A stretch of DNA of 64,000 bases from the human T2T-CHM13v2.0 reference genome, Homo sapiens: the NCBI RefSeq assembly GCF_009914755.1, contig NC_060926.1; one strand, written 5' to 3'. Positions within the stretch are counted from its first letter, which is position 1; each line of letters opens with the position of its first letter. The notes below the pieces were generated by a model that had not been told where the DNA came from, did not search any database, and saw only the letters and a program-made list of their open reading frames with translations. Shown here piece by piece: positions 1 through 13,655 of the stretch. Both the position numbers and the translations under genes were made by a program.

Positions 1-2883
1 AGGTGGTTGAGAGGACCCCTCTGATTCGATCTGTTCCGTTCCTTTGCTGGCCTTGCCACCCTTTCCAGTGCTGTGCATGTGTCCCTCCCAAGAGTCCAGA
101 AAGCTGGATTTAAAAGTCAAAGTTTCTGAAGGACTTCATGGTGAGCAGAACACATTTGGTATGAAAACATTACAGGAAAACAAAAGCCTCCCAGGCTTCC
201 TGCCTCTCAGCAAAAGAATTGGAAGGCATTTTCCATGTGGGGAGGGAGGCCATTTCTATTTCATGGGGATCTTAAAAGTAATTTTGCTGCCTGTAATTTT
301 TTTTATCCAAACTCTCTCAGACTTTGGTTCTCAGCTGGATGACTTAGTGATCTCTAAAATGTGCTGACATTCTGGCTCGTAAGAATACATACTGTTACTT
401 TTAATGAATGAGATTTGTTTTTAAAAGATCTCCTCAAATCAGCTGAGCACTCCAGGTGCAGCTATGGCACTGATGCTGGGAGGGGAGGCCAAATGCCTGA
501 CTTCAAGGTGCTGGGAGCTAAGTATTCCTGTCTCGGCACGTAGGAGGGAGGAAAAAGCCAGAGAAGACTTGAGGACTGAGAATACAGGCTAAGGCCAGGC
601 CCACGCCTGGAAGAGAAGAACTTTCTCTTTGTCTCCTTGCCCACTGCCTGTCCCTGAGCCTGCGGGACTGGGAGGGCAGAGGACACTTCTGGGGTTTGGC
701 CCAGAGAATTTATTTCTTCTTTTCTTGTTTTCCGCTACACCACGTGGCTTCAGACCATGACATTTCTGTTCAATGCCATCAGTGCCTTGGTTTGAGGAGA
801 ATGTCTGTGTACCCAGCTTCCATGGCCAAGAAGAAATGGTGGCCGGAGCTTGCTGGCATCTGCTCTTGCCCTGTCTCCCTTCCTCTCTCTCCTGCGTGAC
901 CAGCAGCCAAGGGACAGTTCCTTCTGGCCAGGCAGTGGGATGGAGCTAAGGGGGAGGAGATGCAGGAGCAAGGCCCAGACCCCCGTCCTGAGCTTGGCGG
1001 CGAGGGGCCTGGTTTTGCCCTGCCTGGGAAGAGTAAGGCATGGAACCTGCTGGGACTTTCCTCGCTCCCCAGAGGCCGAGTGAGCCCCAGCCCCTGCCCC
1101 CTCCCCGAGGCGAGCCAGCAGAGCCAGGGCCCACCCGCTATTTTTAGAAAGCTATCAGGTGCGCAGGACGCCCAGTTGCCTTTTTCCACCTATTCGGGCT
1201 CATTCTAGGGATCCTGTGTTGCTGCCCCAGGCCCCACCTGTCCTGATGTGATTGTCTTACTGTGGCCTGGAGCTGGCACGAAGCTTCCTCCCGATGCAAC
1301 CCAGCCACCCTTCTGGCCTCATCTGGCCATGGCAAGTCACGTCCCTGACATCCGTGGACCTGCAGCCATTGTGTCCTCAGAAGCGTGGATGTTGGGCCCT
1401 AATGTTTGCCCTCCTCTGCTTCCTTGAGAGGAAGGTAAAGGCTGAAAGGGAAAAGCAGGTTAGGAAAAACCTGGAATAGGGATCCCATCGTGAGGAGTGT
1501 TAAGTCATTGAGTAGAAGATTCTGGAGCCTTTGTTCTAGAGGAAGCTGCATGGAGTGTGCAGTCTGGCAGGGGATGCCCACGTGCAGTCGTGGTGTTCAT
1601 TGCCAGCGCATGCAGTTCAGAGGAACGTGGGCGGTCGGAGGAAGCGTCACAGGGGAGGGGAAACCAGAGCTGTGGTCAGGGCATGCGGGAGGGGTGGCAT
1701 CGAAGGCAGAGGGACCACAAATGCTGCGCTCTTGGCCTGGCAGCGGGACAGCCCATGCGTGACTAAGGAACGCCGAGGAGGCACGAGGCTGGTGCAGAGG
1801 GCTCTGCAGGGGCCGGGGGAGGAGAGCCTGGAGAGAGCCTGAGACGCCCTGAATTCCAGGTGAGGTGTCTGGACGAGATCCAGCAGATGGTGGGAAAAAC
1901 CACTGAAGGTTGGAGGGGAGAGAGAGGAGCCTAGTGGGCTGGTGGCCTGCTCTGCCCTCTGCCTACCAGAGTGACCTGGCCTCCTCATGGTCATAGAGCA
2001 GCAGCAGCCGTGGGTCCAGAGCAGCACCTTTGTGGCCTGCCCTCCACACCCAGCTCACAAGTCTCTAGCGTGGGGTGAGCTGGGGTTGGCTCCGTGGCTC
2101 CCAAGAGCCCATTGTTAACGTCTCTTCCCAGCTCCTCATTAGGAGACAGCACCTTGGTAGCTCGAAACGGCCACAGTGGGAATATTTATACAACAGAAAC
2201 TGATGAACGCTGCATGCACATCAGGGTCTGGGTGGGTTTTTTTTGTCCACCACCACCAGCAGAGCCGGGTGTTAAACATTTACCAGTATAGCTCTGGGTA
2301 ACAGGGAGCCCCCGCAGGGTTTCGTGCTCGGGGTTAGCATGGTGGGCTGAGCAGTGACCACACGGGGCTGGTATCCTGCGTTGGTGGACATGTGTTGTGT
2401 CACTTCCCTGCTAGGAAGCTAGGATGGGGAGTGGGGATGGAGCCTCAACCAGGAGAACTGGGCGACGGTGGCCATGTTGGCCCATTCTGAAACCAGGCTC
2501 CTTAACATGGGCTCCCAGACCCTAGACACGGCTCACACGGAGGACACGTGTGTTTCCTGCCTCTGCTTCATCACCTGAGCAGGCCCTGCCCAGCTACACT
2601 GGACCTCTTTCCAGTCCTTAAATGCGACCTGCTTCTTCTCCCCTTTAGAGCCAGCACGTGCTTGCCCCTCCCTCAGAATCACGCCCCCCAGCCACCCCAG
2701 GGTGGGGGCTGGGCAGCATTAGTATACCACACTGTGTCTGCAGGGCCCTCGTGGGTCTTGCCCAGCAAAAGCCCCGCCATGCTGTCTGCAGCATCCCTTC
2801 TGCCTGCTCAGAGACTGTGGAGCCCAGAGCAGGGAAGGACTGCCCTTTCCTGGGGTGGGTGGAGAGGCTTGCCTGCTTAGAAA

Positions 2884-2928
2884 GCTGTGAGCAGAACTTA
2901 GAGGCTGTGAGCAGAACTTAGAGGCTGT
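2884..2928 (+). repeat. 20-bp tandem duplication (gctgtgagcagaacttagag x2.25)
   Basis: Exact 20-nt periodicity. Confidence 0.95.
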
Positions 2929-4453
2929 TCATCTCCGGGCACAGAGCTAGAGCCTTTCTCAGCGAAGAGTCGGCTTGGTCTTGACAGCACGGTGAAAGCA
3001 GTAGGATTGGTTCAGTGTTCTCGAGTTCCAAAACACGCAGCCCACGAAATTGTCCAACAACCTCGCCACATGGGTTGTGCTCTCATTTCAGAGGTGAGGA
3101 AACTGAGGGCCAGGTGGTTAGCTTACACCCCAAGCCTCCATAGGAGCAACTGGTAGTCCCCAGGCCTTGATCTTGATTCCTGGAGCCCTAAACCCCGAGT
3201 CAGCTTTCTGCATTGAAGGTTTTGGACCATTCATCCCAACCAAACGTAGACATCAGGAGCAGCCCAGGCTCTGCCAGGAGATCAAGGTGCAAGGCCCCCA
3301 GGCTACTGCAGACCCCATCACCACCACCCCTCTGGGACCTGCCTCTAAAATGGGAGTTAATGGCGGCTGTGAATACACTGTTGCATTTGTTGCTCTTTTG
3401 GGAAAAGAAAAACCTGGCTTCTAAGAGCTGTTGTATTTTATTTTTCTGTAAAGAAGAAATTAATTTTAGTCTTTCTTTTTGGTTTAAAATGTTGTTCTTT
3501 GCTTTTTCTGCCCTACAATTTAAAAGGAAACATTTGTCTGTTGAGAAAAGAAATGGTAATTATAGACTAAAAATTGTTTCTATTCTGATTTGAAAAAGTG
3601 ACAAAAAAAAAATTCCATCGCACAGATGGGGCTCTGCTGACGGAGGGTGTTTAACAATGAAGCCCTGGGCCGGTTTGGGGCTCGGAATGGCTGGAGGTGG
3701 GTGTGGGATTGGGTGTTGTGGGGCGAGGGGCTGTTTCCGAGGCTGGTCTCCATTTCCGATGCTGGTTAGTCACTAGTTCCTGCACTCTCCGTGTGGTTCA
3801 ACAGTGGGAGGAAGAAGACGTGACTGGAGATGTCACCTGTGGACCCTGCAGCCCTTATAAGGTGGGCTGTACAGGACGAGGCCACGCGCTCCCTTGCATG
3901 GACCCTGAGCCCAGAGAGCCTCCAGGCTTTATTCCCTTAGCCCAGAATTTCACTTTTCAGCCTCCCAAAATTACAATTGCTCCAAGTCCTTTGATCAATA
4001 AAGCAGGAAACTGATTAGACTGTGAAATTAAACTAATAATGTCACGCTGTTAACCCTCAATCAATGGGGACTGAGCTCAAAGTGAAGGCTACTTCCTAGA
4101 TCCATATTACCCTTTGGACACACGTATTTACTTTTTTAAAGAAATCCTAGGGGCGCACACATCCCCAGACCGCCTTTCTTTCCTGCCAGCGCAGCCTGAC
4201 TCGCAGTGCTATCTCTGCGGCCACCCTGGCGGTGCTGCCGTGTGTGTGGTGTGGAAGGCCAAGATAGAACCGAGTCTGCAAGTTGGCTGGGGTAGGGGTG
4301 CCCCTTGGGCCTTGGGAGTGGGGCTCAGAACTTCTGCTGAAAGTGTGATCCTCATGGCCCCCAGCCCACCCTTAAGCCTCTTGTCACTAGAAACCTCTCT
4401 TTGGGGTTGATGCTGAGCCACCCTCTAACCATACGTAGGGCCGAAGTATATAG

Positions 4454-4778
<325 letters not shown>

Positions 4779-7700
4779 TAAGAGCTCCATTTTAAAATGG
4801 ATATTGGGTTCACTCCACCACTATGCATGCTGCAGTATGGGGTTTGCTGAGACCTTTGTGTGTTCAGTCTCATGAGAGAGAGCAGGGGTCATGGTTTTTC
4901 TTATTTTGCTTCTCCCTTCCCCCCACCTCAGCCCCTGTTGCCCACCCGCCCCCACCAAAGCACAGGCTTGGTATAGACCTGGCTGATTGGAGGTGATGAG
5001 CATACCGAAGAGGCGAGTGAGGGCAGGTGTGAGGGCTGTTTTCAAGGGCTGGTTTGGGGAGTAGAGTATAATAGGTCTAGTACAGAAACAGGACCTAGCT
5101 TAGACCAGCCTCCACCTGCGGGCTGGCTCTGGGGTTCATGGAGGCAGGGCTGAGCCCGCCACCCGTCCTGAGACAGCCTGGGCGGCCGCATTTGCAGACT
5201 GAGCTCTGGTCGCAGCATGACAAAGGCTTGCCCGTTGCAGTATCGAGGACTGAGTCTCAGGTGTGCCCATGTCCTGAGAGGCCACGGCTTGTCACTCACC
5301 AAAGTGGTGAGCATGGATCAAGCTAGGTGTCAAACACAGCCATCAGGACCGGCTCAGCTGCGGCACTTCAGTCCGGCTCTTTCCATGTGCTCTTCAATAT
5401 GTGGCTTCAGTTCTGCAGGGCTGGAAGGGCAGTTGCTATTACCCCCATTTAAGGGATAAATAAATTGAGGCTGGGTGGTTGAGGGGTGTACACAGTCACA
5501 CTGCCAAAGAGGCAGGGCTGGCTCTAGTACTGTGGCGTAGAGCCCTCTGGGTGCCTGAGTTCTCTCCAGGAGGCTGTTCTGGAATCAGCGAAGTCTTTAT
5601 CCTCTTCTGGCCTTGCCATTGAAGAGGAGGAGCTCGTAAGCCCTTTCCATGGGCCCTCCCACGGCTTGTCCTCCCAACCTGTCAGTTCCATCACGCTGGA
5701 ATGTTGCCAAGGATCAGACCCCCTCTCTAAAAGTGGTGATGGTATTTAATAACTAATTACTCTAATGATCCTGCAGAAATGCTGGAGACCTGTTTTAGGA
5801 GAGATGTCAATTAGAGCCATCTGCACGGTGAATAAAGGAGCCCTCCCCCAGCTGTACTGTTGAAACATGTTAGCGTTTTCCTACCAGCGGCCATATGGTA
5901 CTTAACGAAAGTGAATTGTTCACACTGCACAACCCGCGCCTCCTGATGAATACTAGCATTTTGTTTTGGAAAATAGTTCTTCCATCGTGTGGAATATTTT
6001 TCAATGCAGTAAGTAGCAAGTTGGAAGCCAGCAAGCCCTTGAATGCAAAAAGACTCCCATCACCTCAAGATGCTCTTCCCTCCATCCCAGCCCATCCCCT
6101 GCCCCCGCCCAGCTGCCAAGCCCAGCTCCACCCCAGCTCCCACATCCCTCCTGGGCCCAGTTCTTAGCATCTGCTTCTGAATCTGCTCAGGAGAGTGGAG
6201 GCCACCAAGGGTTCTTGCCCCATCCCACCAGCTTTGTGTCTGTATGAACTTAGAAATGGAAAACCTGAAGCCATACACAGAGCACAGAGCTCTGTCTGGA
6301 AGGATGCAGACATGGGCAGAGTCTCCCCAGAGTTGAAAAGTAGGGTGGGGTGTTTAACTGGGTGTGTGGCCTCACAGAAGGGTTCGTTTTCTATCTGTAG
6401 GATGTTTGTTTTAAGAAGTGCAAAGTTCAGGTTGACACCTGGATGCACAGTGAGGTAGAGGGGGTAAGCTGGGACTGTATCTGGGACTCGGCAGAAGCCT
6501 GGCTGAGAAGCCTGTCTCCTCCTCGTCACCTGTACAGACAAGTTTCAAATAAATAGTGAGCGAAAGTCATTGCCACGTGGTGGCCAGACAGCTGGGACCA
6601 GGGTGCAGCCACCCTGTGGGTTCCATTAACCAAAAACAGGCATGTTGGGTTCTTGTTGCCTGGGACGTTTCAAAAGCAGACCACTGCCAACATGGGACCT
6701 ATTTGGGGGGTGAGGCTCAGTTTTGTGATGCTCAAGGGAGAAGAACAGGCGACCGTCCCCATCAGTTCCATCCCCCACCCACCCACTACCAGATTGCTCT
6801 GGCAAGGGGACCCTCCGCCTCCCTCGTGGGGCTCTGTGGCCTCAGTGAGCTGAGACCCTGCCTCCGAGCCGCCAGGACGGAGCTGCTTTATTGCAGTCTG
6901 CCCTGGGACCAACGGGATTTCACTTGCCAGTAATATCTATTCCGGAACTTTCCCTAGAACCAGAGTCACTTATTAAAGCTTAATAAAAGGCCAGATTGAC
7001 TGCAGTTAGTGACAGAGAAGACCTGCCGCAAGTCCTGGTACCCAAGACGCTCTTCACAAAACCGTGGGCCCATAAATCTCACTTATTTCCAATTCCGCAG
7101 CAACTGATCCCAAGTTACAATAATGATCCTAGGTTCAGCTGAACATGTCCTTAAAGGAAATCCTTCTGGGTGAAAAATAGCAGAAATGTGCTCCCATCTG
7201 TTCCTCATCAGCAGACTGCACTATACTATTTGCTTTCCACGTCTGTGCCCTGGATACTTTCTCACCCTCTTTGACACCTGGGACCATAGAGATGTGAACC
7301 TGAAAGAACCAAGTCGCCACGACTCCCAAGTGCCACCTCAGTAAGGGACCTCAACGGGACGACCAAGGCCCAGTGGAAGCCTCGACGGCCCTTGACCATG
7401 GAAGCTGCCCAGAGCATCTCAAATAAGTCAGCAGCCTTTCCACTGGGCCTATTCCACAACGACCCCCCACAGACCAGAACCCGCTCCACTGGGGCCATGC
7501 CTGGGAGTTACTCCAAAGAGTTAACCTTTCCTGGTGGGAGAGGGGTGGAGGGGAAGGCTGAGGCCATTTGACATATGCTGCCTGGTCTGAACATGATGCT
7601 GTGCTCAGACACTGAATTTGATGAAGTGCATTGTAAAATTTAAAAACAAATTTAAAACTCTATTAACTCCCTGTAATGGCCTCCTCCTGCAGTACATAGA

Positions 7701-9529
7701 CAGCACCGGCTCACTGGCAAGGAGAAAAAGTACTCTGGTTTGCAGTGTGCTTGGCTTGAAGCAGAATGGAGACGGTGGGAGCTGGTGAAGGGAATGGGGA
7801 GCCCACGCACCCTCTGCACCCAGGGCAGCACCCAGGGCGGCACCCAGGCCCCTGCTAGTGGAGCTTTGTGGGATGTGCATCGCCAAGGTTAGACTTTTTC
7901 TTGCTCCTATGTTAAAATCTCACTTTCACTTTCCTTTGAAGCTAAAACACTTCCTTCAAGAATGCACCACTGGAGTGACAAGATTGTAAGATTATCTTAA
8001 CTTGGGACTGAGGCCTGGGCGGTGGGGAGCTCACTAGAGGCCTGTGGTTTGGGGTCAGCATGGGGGTGGGTGTCAGGTGGGAGGAGGTGTGTTCCCAGCC
8101 TCACCCACTACACCCTCTGCACGGGGAGAAGGATCAGGGCAGGGAGACTGTTCGCCACAGGCCTCTGCAAATCGAGGCGCGTTCAGGGTAAGGGGAGGAT
8201 TGGCCCGGCTCCAGGCTACCAACTGGAGAGAGACGAACTTTTGTTGAGAAGGGAGACAGCCCCACAGCTGTGTGTGCACGTGGGCCGAGAGGAGGAGCTC
8301 AGCTGGCGGTGAGAAAGCCTGGGGGCCGAGGGGAGGGTTCCCTCTACGTCTCTGCAACTCACAGGCCCCCAAGCTGAGGAGCAGAAGGTGCTGCCTGGCC
8401 TGGTCTTTGACGAGTTCAAGGGATTTTCTGCCAACCAGTGGCTTCCCTGTGTGAGAGCGTCTCTCAGTTTTTCCTGAGCACGTAAAGTGGTTTGGAGATA
8501 TTGGGGGAGGAAAAGGTGTACACATACGGCAGGCCTGGGGGTCAAAGGCAGCAGAGAAACCATGCGTATGTGTGAGTGTGTGCAGATCTGTGTGTGCACA
8601 AGTAAGCAGTGCCTTCTGATGTGGCTGCTTGTGGGCTAGTCCTAGGGCATGGGTTTGATGCGGACTCTTGCATCCAGGGAAGTATTTTTCTGAGAGTTCC
8701 CCCACCCTCTGGGGCTGGCATTCTACCCCCTTTGGAAAGAAAGCTGGGATGGTCTAAGCAGGGAGGGGTCCTGTGGAGACTTGTAGCTCCTGGCCCAGCA
8801 GGATTCATGGCATTTGGCGTCAGAGAAAACGTGAGCCTCTGCCGGGAGTGAAGCAGCTGATGCAAAACAAGGAGCCCTGGGTCGTAGATGCAGCTCTGTG
8901 CAGCCTCTGGGGAGCCTTGGCGCTGGCTCGCAGATCAAAGCTGGGAGACCTGGGAGCTCCCTGAAAGCTCCTTCCCTGGCAGCTGCAGATGGGGTGCGGC
9001 GTTTGGGCTGGGTGATGGCATTTGTAACAGTGTGAGGACCCCCCACTCTCCCGGGACTAACAGTGTAAATAAGAATTGGGGCATTTACGCCAATGAAGAG
9101 AACAGAATTTCCTTGTGCTGACAATCTAGAAGATCCGCTTGTGGACAGTTGAAATGCTAATTATAAGCTAACTCTGTTTTCAACCTTTGTGAACCCGGTT
9201 TGGGCTATTTTGTATCAATAAGACTGCTTTCAGAAAAAACAAATTTACTAATTAACTCCCTTTATTTTAAATACATGAGACTTTCCTATGGTGTCTGTTG
9301 TTTTTTTTTTTTAAAGAAACGTGTGCGCTATGAGGTGTTTCCACAGCTCTTTTTGGGGTATGTAATAGTCCTCCTGATATTTTAATTGATATTTGAACCA
9401 AGTAAGGACCCGCCAATAGTTGAAAGTCCCCGGTTTCGGGGATGCCTTTCCAAGCAACCAGGGATTCCTGTCTGACATCCCGCTGAGCAGCACCCATTTT
9501 ATCGTGTTTCTTCCCACAGCACAGGAAAC

Positions 9530-10080
9530 AGGACAACCGGGGCTTCAGATCATGAGACCTGGTGTTGAATCCAGGTACAATGCTTTGTGAACCTGGGAAG
9601 TCACTTGGCCACATTGCAGTTAGTATGACTTACCTTGTAGGGTCCTTCTCATCATTGTTATTTTTATTAGATAAAATCACATTTGTGCAACACCTAGCCC
9701 AATGCCTGTTCCTTAACAGGCATTTAATAAGTGATGGTTATTATGTCTCAATGCCTTTGTTGACACATTATGTCTTCCCAGCGTGGAATTTTCCTCTCTT
9801 TATTGTTTTCTATTGAAATCCTTTGCGTCCTTTCAGAGGCTACTATGAATGCCCCCACCTCCGAGAAGCCTTCCTGTTTGGCCTTAGCCAGAATGACTTA
9901 TTTCTTTGCAGCATCACAGATGCTAACTTCTGTTCCAGCCCAAGTTCCCGTCTTCCTTCTCTTCTGCTCAGTGTCTCTCCAGCTACACTGAGCTGCCCCT
10001 TTCCTGCCACAGCAGGGCCCAGCTCTGTGTATGGCACAGAGGCTCATAGAGTGGATGTGTTTTGAGTTGTTGAGTGAAGC
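9530..10080 (+). mobile_element. MIR followed by L2 fragment
   Basis: gtgaacctgggaagtcactt...catttaataa, then ttcccagcgtggaat...gtttgagttgttgagtgaa. Confidence 0.45.
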
Positions 10081-10321
10081 TGAGGTCCCACAGTCTCTTT
10101 GAGGCTCCAGTGCTTCAAAACTTCCCTTGACAGACTACTGTGGGTGACTAGTCAACTGCAGAATTAGAAAGAAAAAACAGTGCCTTTTCTGGTCACTTAG
10201 AGCTGAGGGCATCTTGGATTTCACAGCCTAGAACCCCCTGCAGGCTTTTTGGATCCCCTAATCCTGTTGATGCTGCAGCAGTATCGACTGGCCCTAAAAG
10301 CAGCTGCTAAAATGCGTCTGG

Positions 10322-10485
10322 CACAAAGGAACTTTCTGGGCTGATGGAAATGGTCTGTATCATGATTGGGGTGGTGGTTAGGCAGGTGCATGCATTTGTC
10401 AAAACTCATCAGACTGTGCACTTAAGATTTGGACAGTTACTTTATGGACATTATATCTCCATAAAATTAGTTAATTTTTTTAAAA
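10322..10485 (+). mobile_element. Old L1M (ME/MC-type) 3' end fragment
   Basis: ggaactttctgggctgatggaaatg...atttgtcaaaactcatc...gtgcacttaaga, typical of old L1 3'UTR ends. Confidence 0.7.
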
Positions 10486-10791
10486 TGTGGCCTGACCAGA
10501 CAGGCTGGATACAGGGGCCTGTTGTGGTCTTCCTGTGGCCTTGGGAAATGCAGCTCATGCCAGCATGGCACAGGATTGCTCTGGGAGGAAAAGAGACAGA
10601 ACAGTCTCTGCATTTGTGGAACTTAACCCTTTAAGTCCTGAGCTAGGACTCCACACACAGGTGCCTCCCCACCCTCTCCCAGGAGACCTCACCCTGGCCT
10701 GCCTCCAAAGAATCAGAGCCAAGCCTCACACGGCCACAGGCTGAGGCCTGCCTCTCACAGGAGAAGAGAAGATTAAAATTAATGTAAAATC

Positions 10792-11310
10792 TAACAGATA
10801 TTTGTATACCCATGTTAATAGCAGCATTATTCACAATAGCCAAAAGGTAGAAGCAACTCAGGTGTCCATTAATTAATGAATGGATACACAAAATGTGTTG
10901 TATACATACAATTGAATATTATCTAGCCTTAAAAAGAAAGGGAATGCTATAGTCATGGATACCTACTACAACATAGATGAACCTTGAAGACATTATGCTA
11001 AATGAGATGAGCCAGACAAAGGAAAGGATAAATATGGTATGAGTCCACTTATACGAGGTACCTAGAGCAAATTCATAGAGACAGAAAGTAGAACGGTGGG
11101 TGCCAGGGTTTCGGGGAGGCGGGAAAGGGGAGTTATTGTTTTTAGTGGGCAGAGTTTCAGTTTGGAAAGATGAAACATTTTGGAGGTGGATCGTGGTGAT
11201 AGTTACACAACATTGAGAATGTACTTAATGCCATTGAAGTGTACACATAAAATGGCTAAAATGGTCGGTTTTAGGTTTTGTATATTTGATTACAATAAAA
11301 AGAATAAAGA
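10792..11310 (+). mobile_element. L1MB-type 3' end
   Basis: gcagcattattcacaatagccaaaagg...atgaaccttgaagacattatgctaaatga...gagacagaaagtagaa...aataaa A-rich end. Confidence 0.85.
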
Positions 11311-12252
11311 AGAGCAACGAAAGAATCCCAGGCCTAAGGCAGCCTCCTGGCCCCCTTAAATTTCAACATTTTAAATGTTATCATTCAGGGGACTGCTTAG
11401 CAGAGGATGTGGTTTCTGGTCTGAGAATCAAAATGTGGGAAACAGAAGCCCTCTCTGACTGCCAGGCCCTTTCAGAGCGACAGGTATCCTTCCTAAATGC
11501 CAGGTCCTTTTGTCAAGACAAAGGTGGGTGACCACATATCGCGCCACTGGTTTAACTTGATTTTCCCATCTGACTCTCTCGGGCAACGTGTATCCTGAAG
11601 CTGATGATGGAGGGGTGAATTTTACTTTATCGCCCCAGCAACTCCCAGCATCATGATTGGGGTGACCCCATCCTCAAGACCCAAGGGGCTCCAAGCTGCG
11701 GAAATTAGAGTACGCTGTGTGGACGGCAGCTTGGCTGTCAGAGCGGGTTGGCTCCTGGCCTGTAATTCAGAATGATACCCGGGTACTTGTCGCAGCAGGG
11801 GGCTGGTGCCGGCCTGAGCAGGCCTGCCATGGAGAGTTTAAAGGAGGCTGACTCTCCCCGTTTTGCCTCAGGGACCATTTTTGATTTGTTCTTTGAATGG
11901 CAGAAGGCCTGGCCCATCAAACTCACAGGCAACCCTTCCCATGCTCAGAGGAGAGAGAGCTCGGCACAGCAGCCTGTGAAGGGGGCTGCCAACCTTTTCG
12001 TGTATAAAATACTGCTGGATTCTTGAGTCCTGATCTCTCTCCGTGAAGGTTTGCTGCAGTCAGGCCGTTAGGAGGACAAAGAAAGAATCTATTGGAAGGG
12101 TCCGAGCCTGTGCTGTGAAAAGAAGCTCTGTACTGTTTATGTTCTGGTTGATGTAGATAAGTAGGTACCATGCCTATAGTAAAGGAAAGAGAGTGACATT
12201 CTGAGACAAACTTCTGGTTCCCTTCCTACTAACGAAATAGCGAAAGACAGAT

Positions 12253-12254
<2 letters not shown>

Positions 12255-12292
<38 letters not shown>

Positions 12293-12346
12293 CTCTCTCT
12301 CTCTCCCTCTCTCGCTCTCTCTCTCTCCCTCTCTCGCTCTCTCTCC
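12255..12346 (+). repeat. Compound microsatellite (CA)17 plus imperfect (CT)n
   Basis: Directly visible. Confidence 0.97.
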
Positions 12347-12793
12347 TTCAGGTGTGGTGTAAAGGGCTGTTCTGGACCTGCTGGCATCCCCATTTTGTCC
12401 GTTACGTCCCTGTTCTTGGCAGAAACTTGAGGTGCACATGCTACTCTGGTCCCACGCCACCTTGCCCCTGGATGCCACTTTCTTGCAGTCTGACTTTCTG
12501 TCTCTGAATTTGCATTTGTCCTGAGTTGCCTTTCAGTCACTGGTTGCTGTCGGGCTCTGTCGGCTAATTCAGTTGGTGGGTGCCACTGCCACCACCCTTC
12601 ATGGGCAGTGCTGCCGCTTCTGTGCCCCTGGCTACCCTCTGATCACTCTGTTGCCTCAGGGGGAGGGGTCTGCTTCCCCCTTTTGCCTTCTCCATCATAC
12701 TACAGTGCAGGGAAGGGCATTGAAAGTCCTTTAGGAAGGACGAGTAACTTCTAGTTGAGTTTGAGCTGCCGATTCCTGCGGTGGGCAGAAACT

Positions 12794-12826
12794 ACACACA
12801 CACACACACACACAGGCACGCACACG
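12794..12826 (+). repeat. (AC)10 microsatellite with degenerate tail
   Basis: Directly visible. Confidence 0.9.
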
Positions 12827-13574
12827 CTTCTCCAGCAGATCGGGAGGAGGCATCCTGTGTAACCACTCATGCCCAATATTATGTCAGGTGCATTAGTGCT
12901 TAGAATGCAGAGTTGTTATAACCATACAAGATACTAGGATTCATCTGTTGGCAGAATTTGGAGCACAGAACTGCAGGGACTAAAGGAAGTAGGAGGCCCC
13001 ATCTGGGTATTTGGGAAGGGATGGTTCATCGCTCTTTGCTGAGATGTGGGGCATCTGGAGCTTGGCCACCTGCAAGAAGCTGCATGTCGGGTGGGAAACT
13101 GGAGAGGCAGGGCTCAGGGCAGCTGGCACCACCAAGTCTACTTAGGGATGGAAGGCTGGGTTCTCAAGGAGCTCATTGGATCCTGGTTTGACACTTTGGG
13201 CTGTTAGAGGCTTTGGAATGTGTCCAAAGGGTGGCAGGATTCATGCCACAGCCTTCATGACAGTAGGAAATACTTCCAAAACCCCATGATGATTTATGTG
13301 TGAGGAAAAAGGAGGCTCTGGTCTGTAAAGGAAAGTTGCTCCGGAAGCACTGAGGGTACCTACAGATCTCACTTTGAGAATTAGAACGAGGGTGGATCAC
13401 TGAGCCCGTTTGGCTGGACCCCAGTTAGTATTTGGGAAAACAGACCAGAAGGAGCAAGGACTTACTCAAATTCATACCACCAATAAGTAGCAGAACTAGG
13501 ATGGATCTCGGGTTTCTCTTGACTCGTAGTCCAGGATTCCTTTGGCCACAGAAATAGAATTATGAACCAAGTAA

Positions 13575-13655
13575 GGCAGCCCTTCTCAATGGATTCTGCA
13601 TTTCTAAAAGCTCTCAAGTGATGCTGGACCTAAGGACCACACTTTGAGAAACAAA
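13575..13655. mobile_element. MER5 fragment
   Basis: tctgcatttctaaaagctctcaagtgatgctg...ggaccacactttgagaa. Confidence 0.65.

Noticed and set aside
708-760. Pyrimidine tract plus CAG acceptor-like site
   Set aside because: No convincing paired donor, and the AG is distant from the tract.
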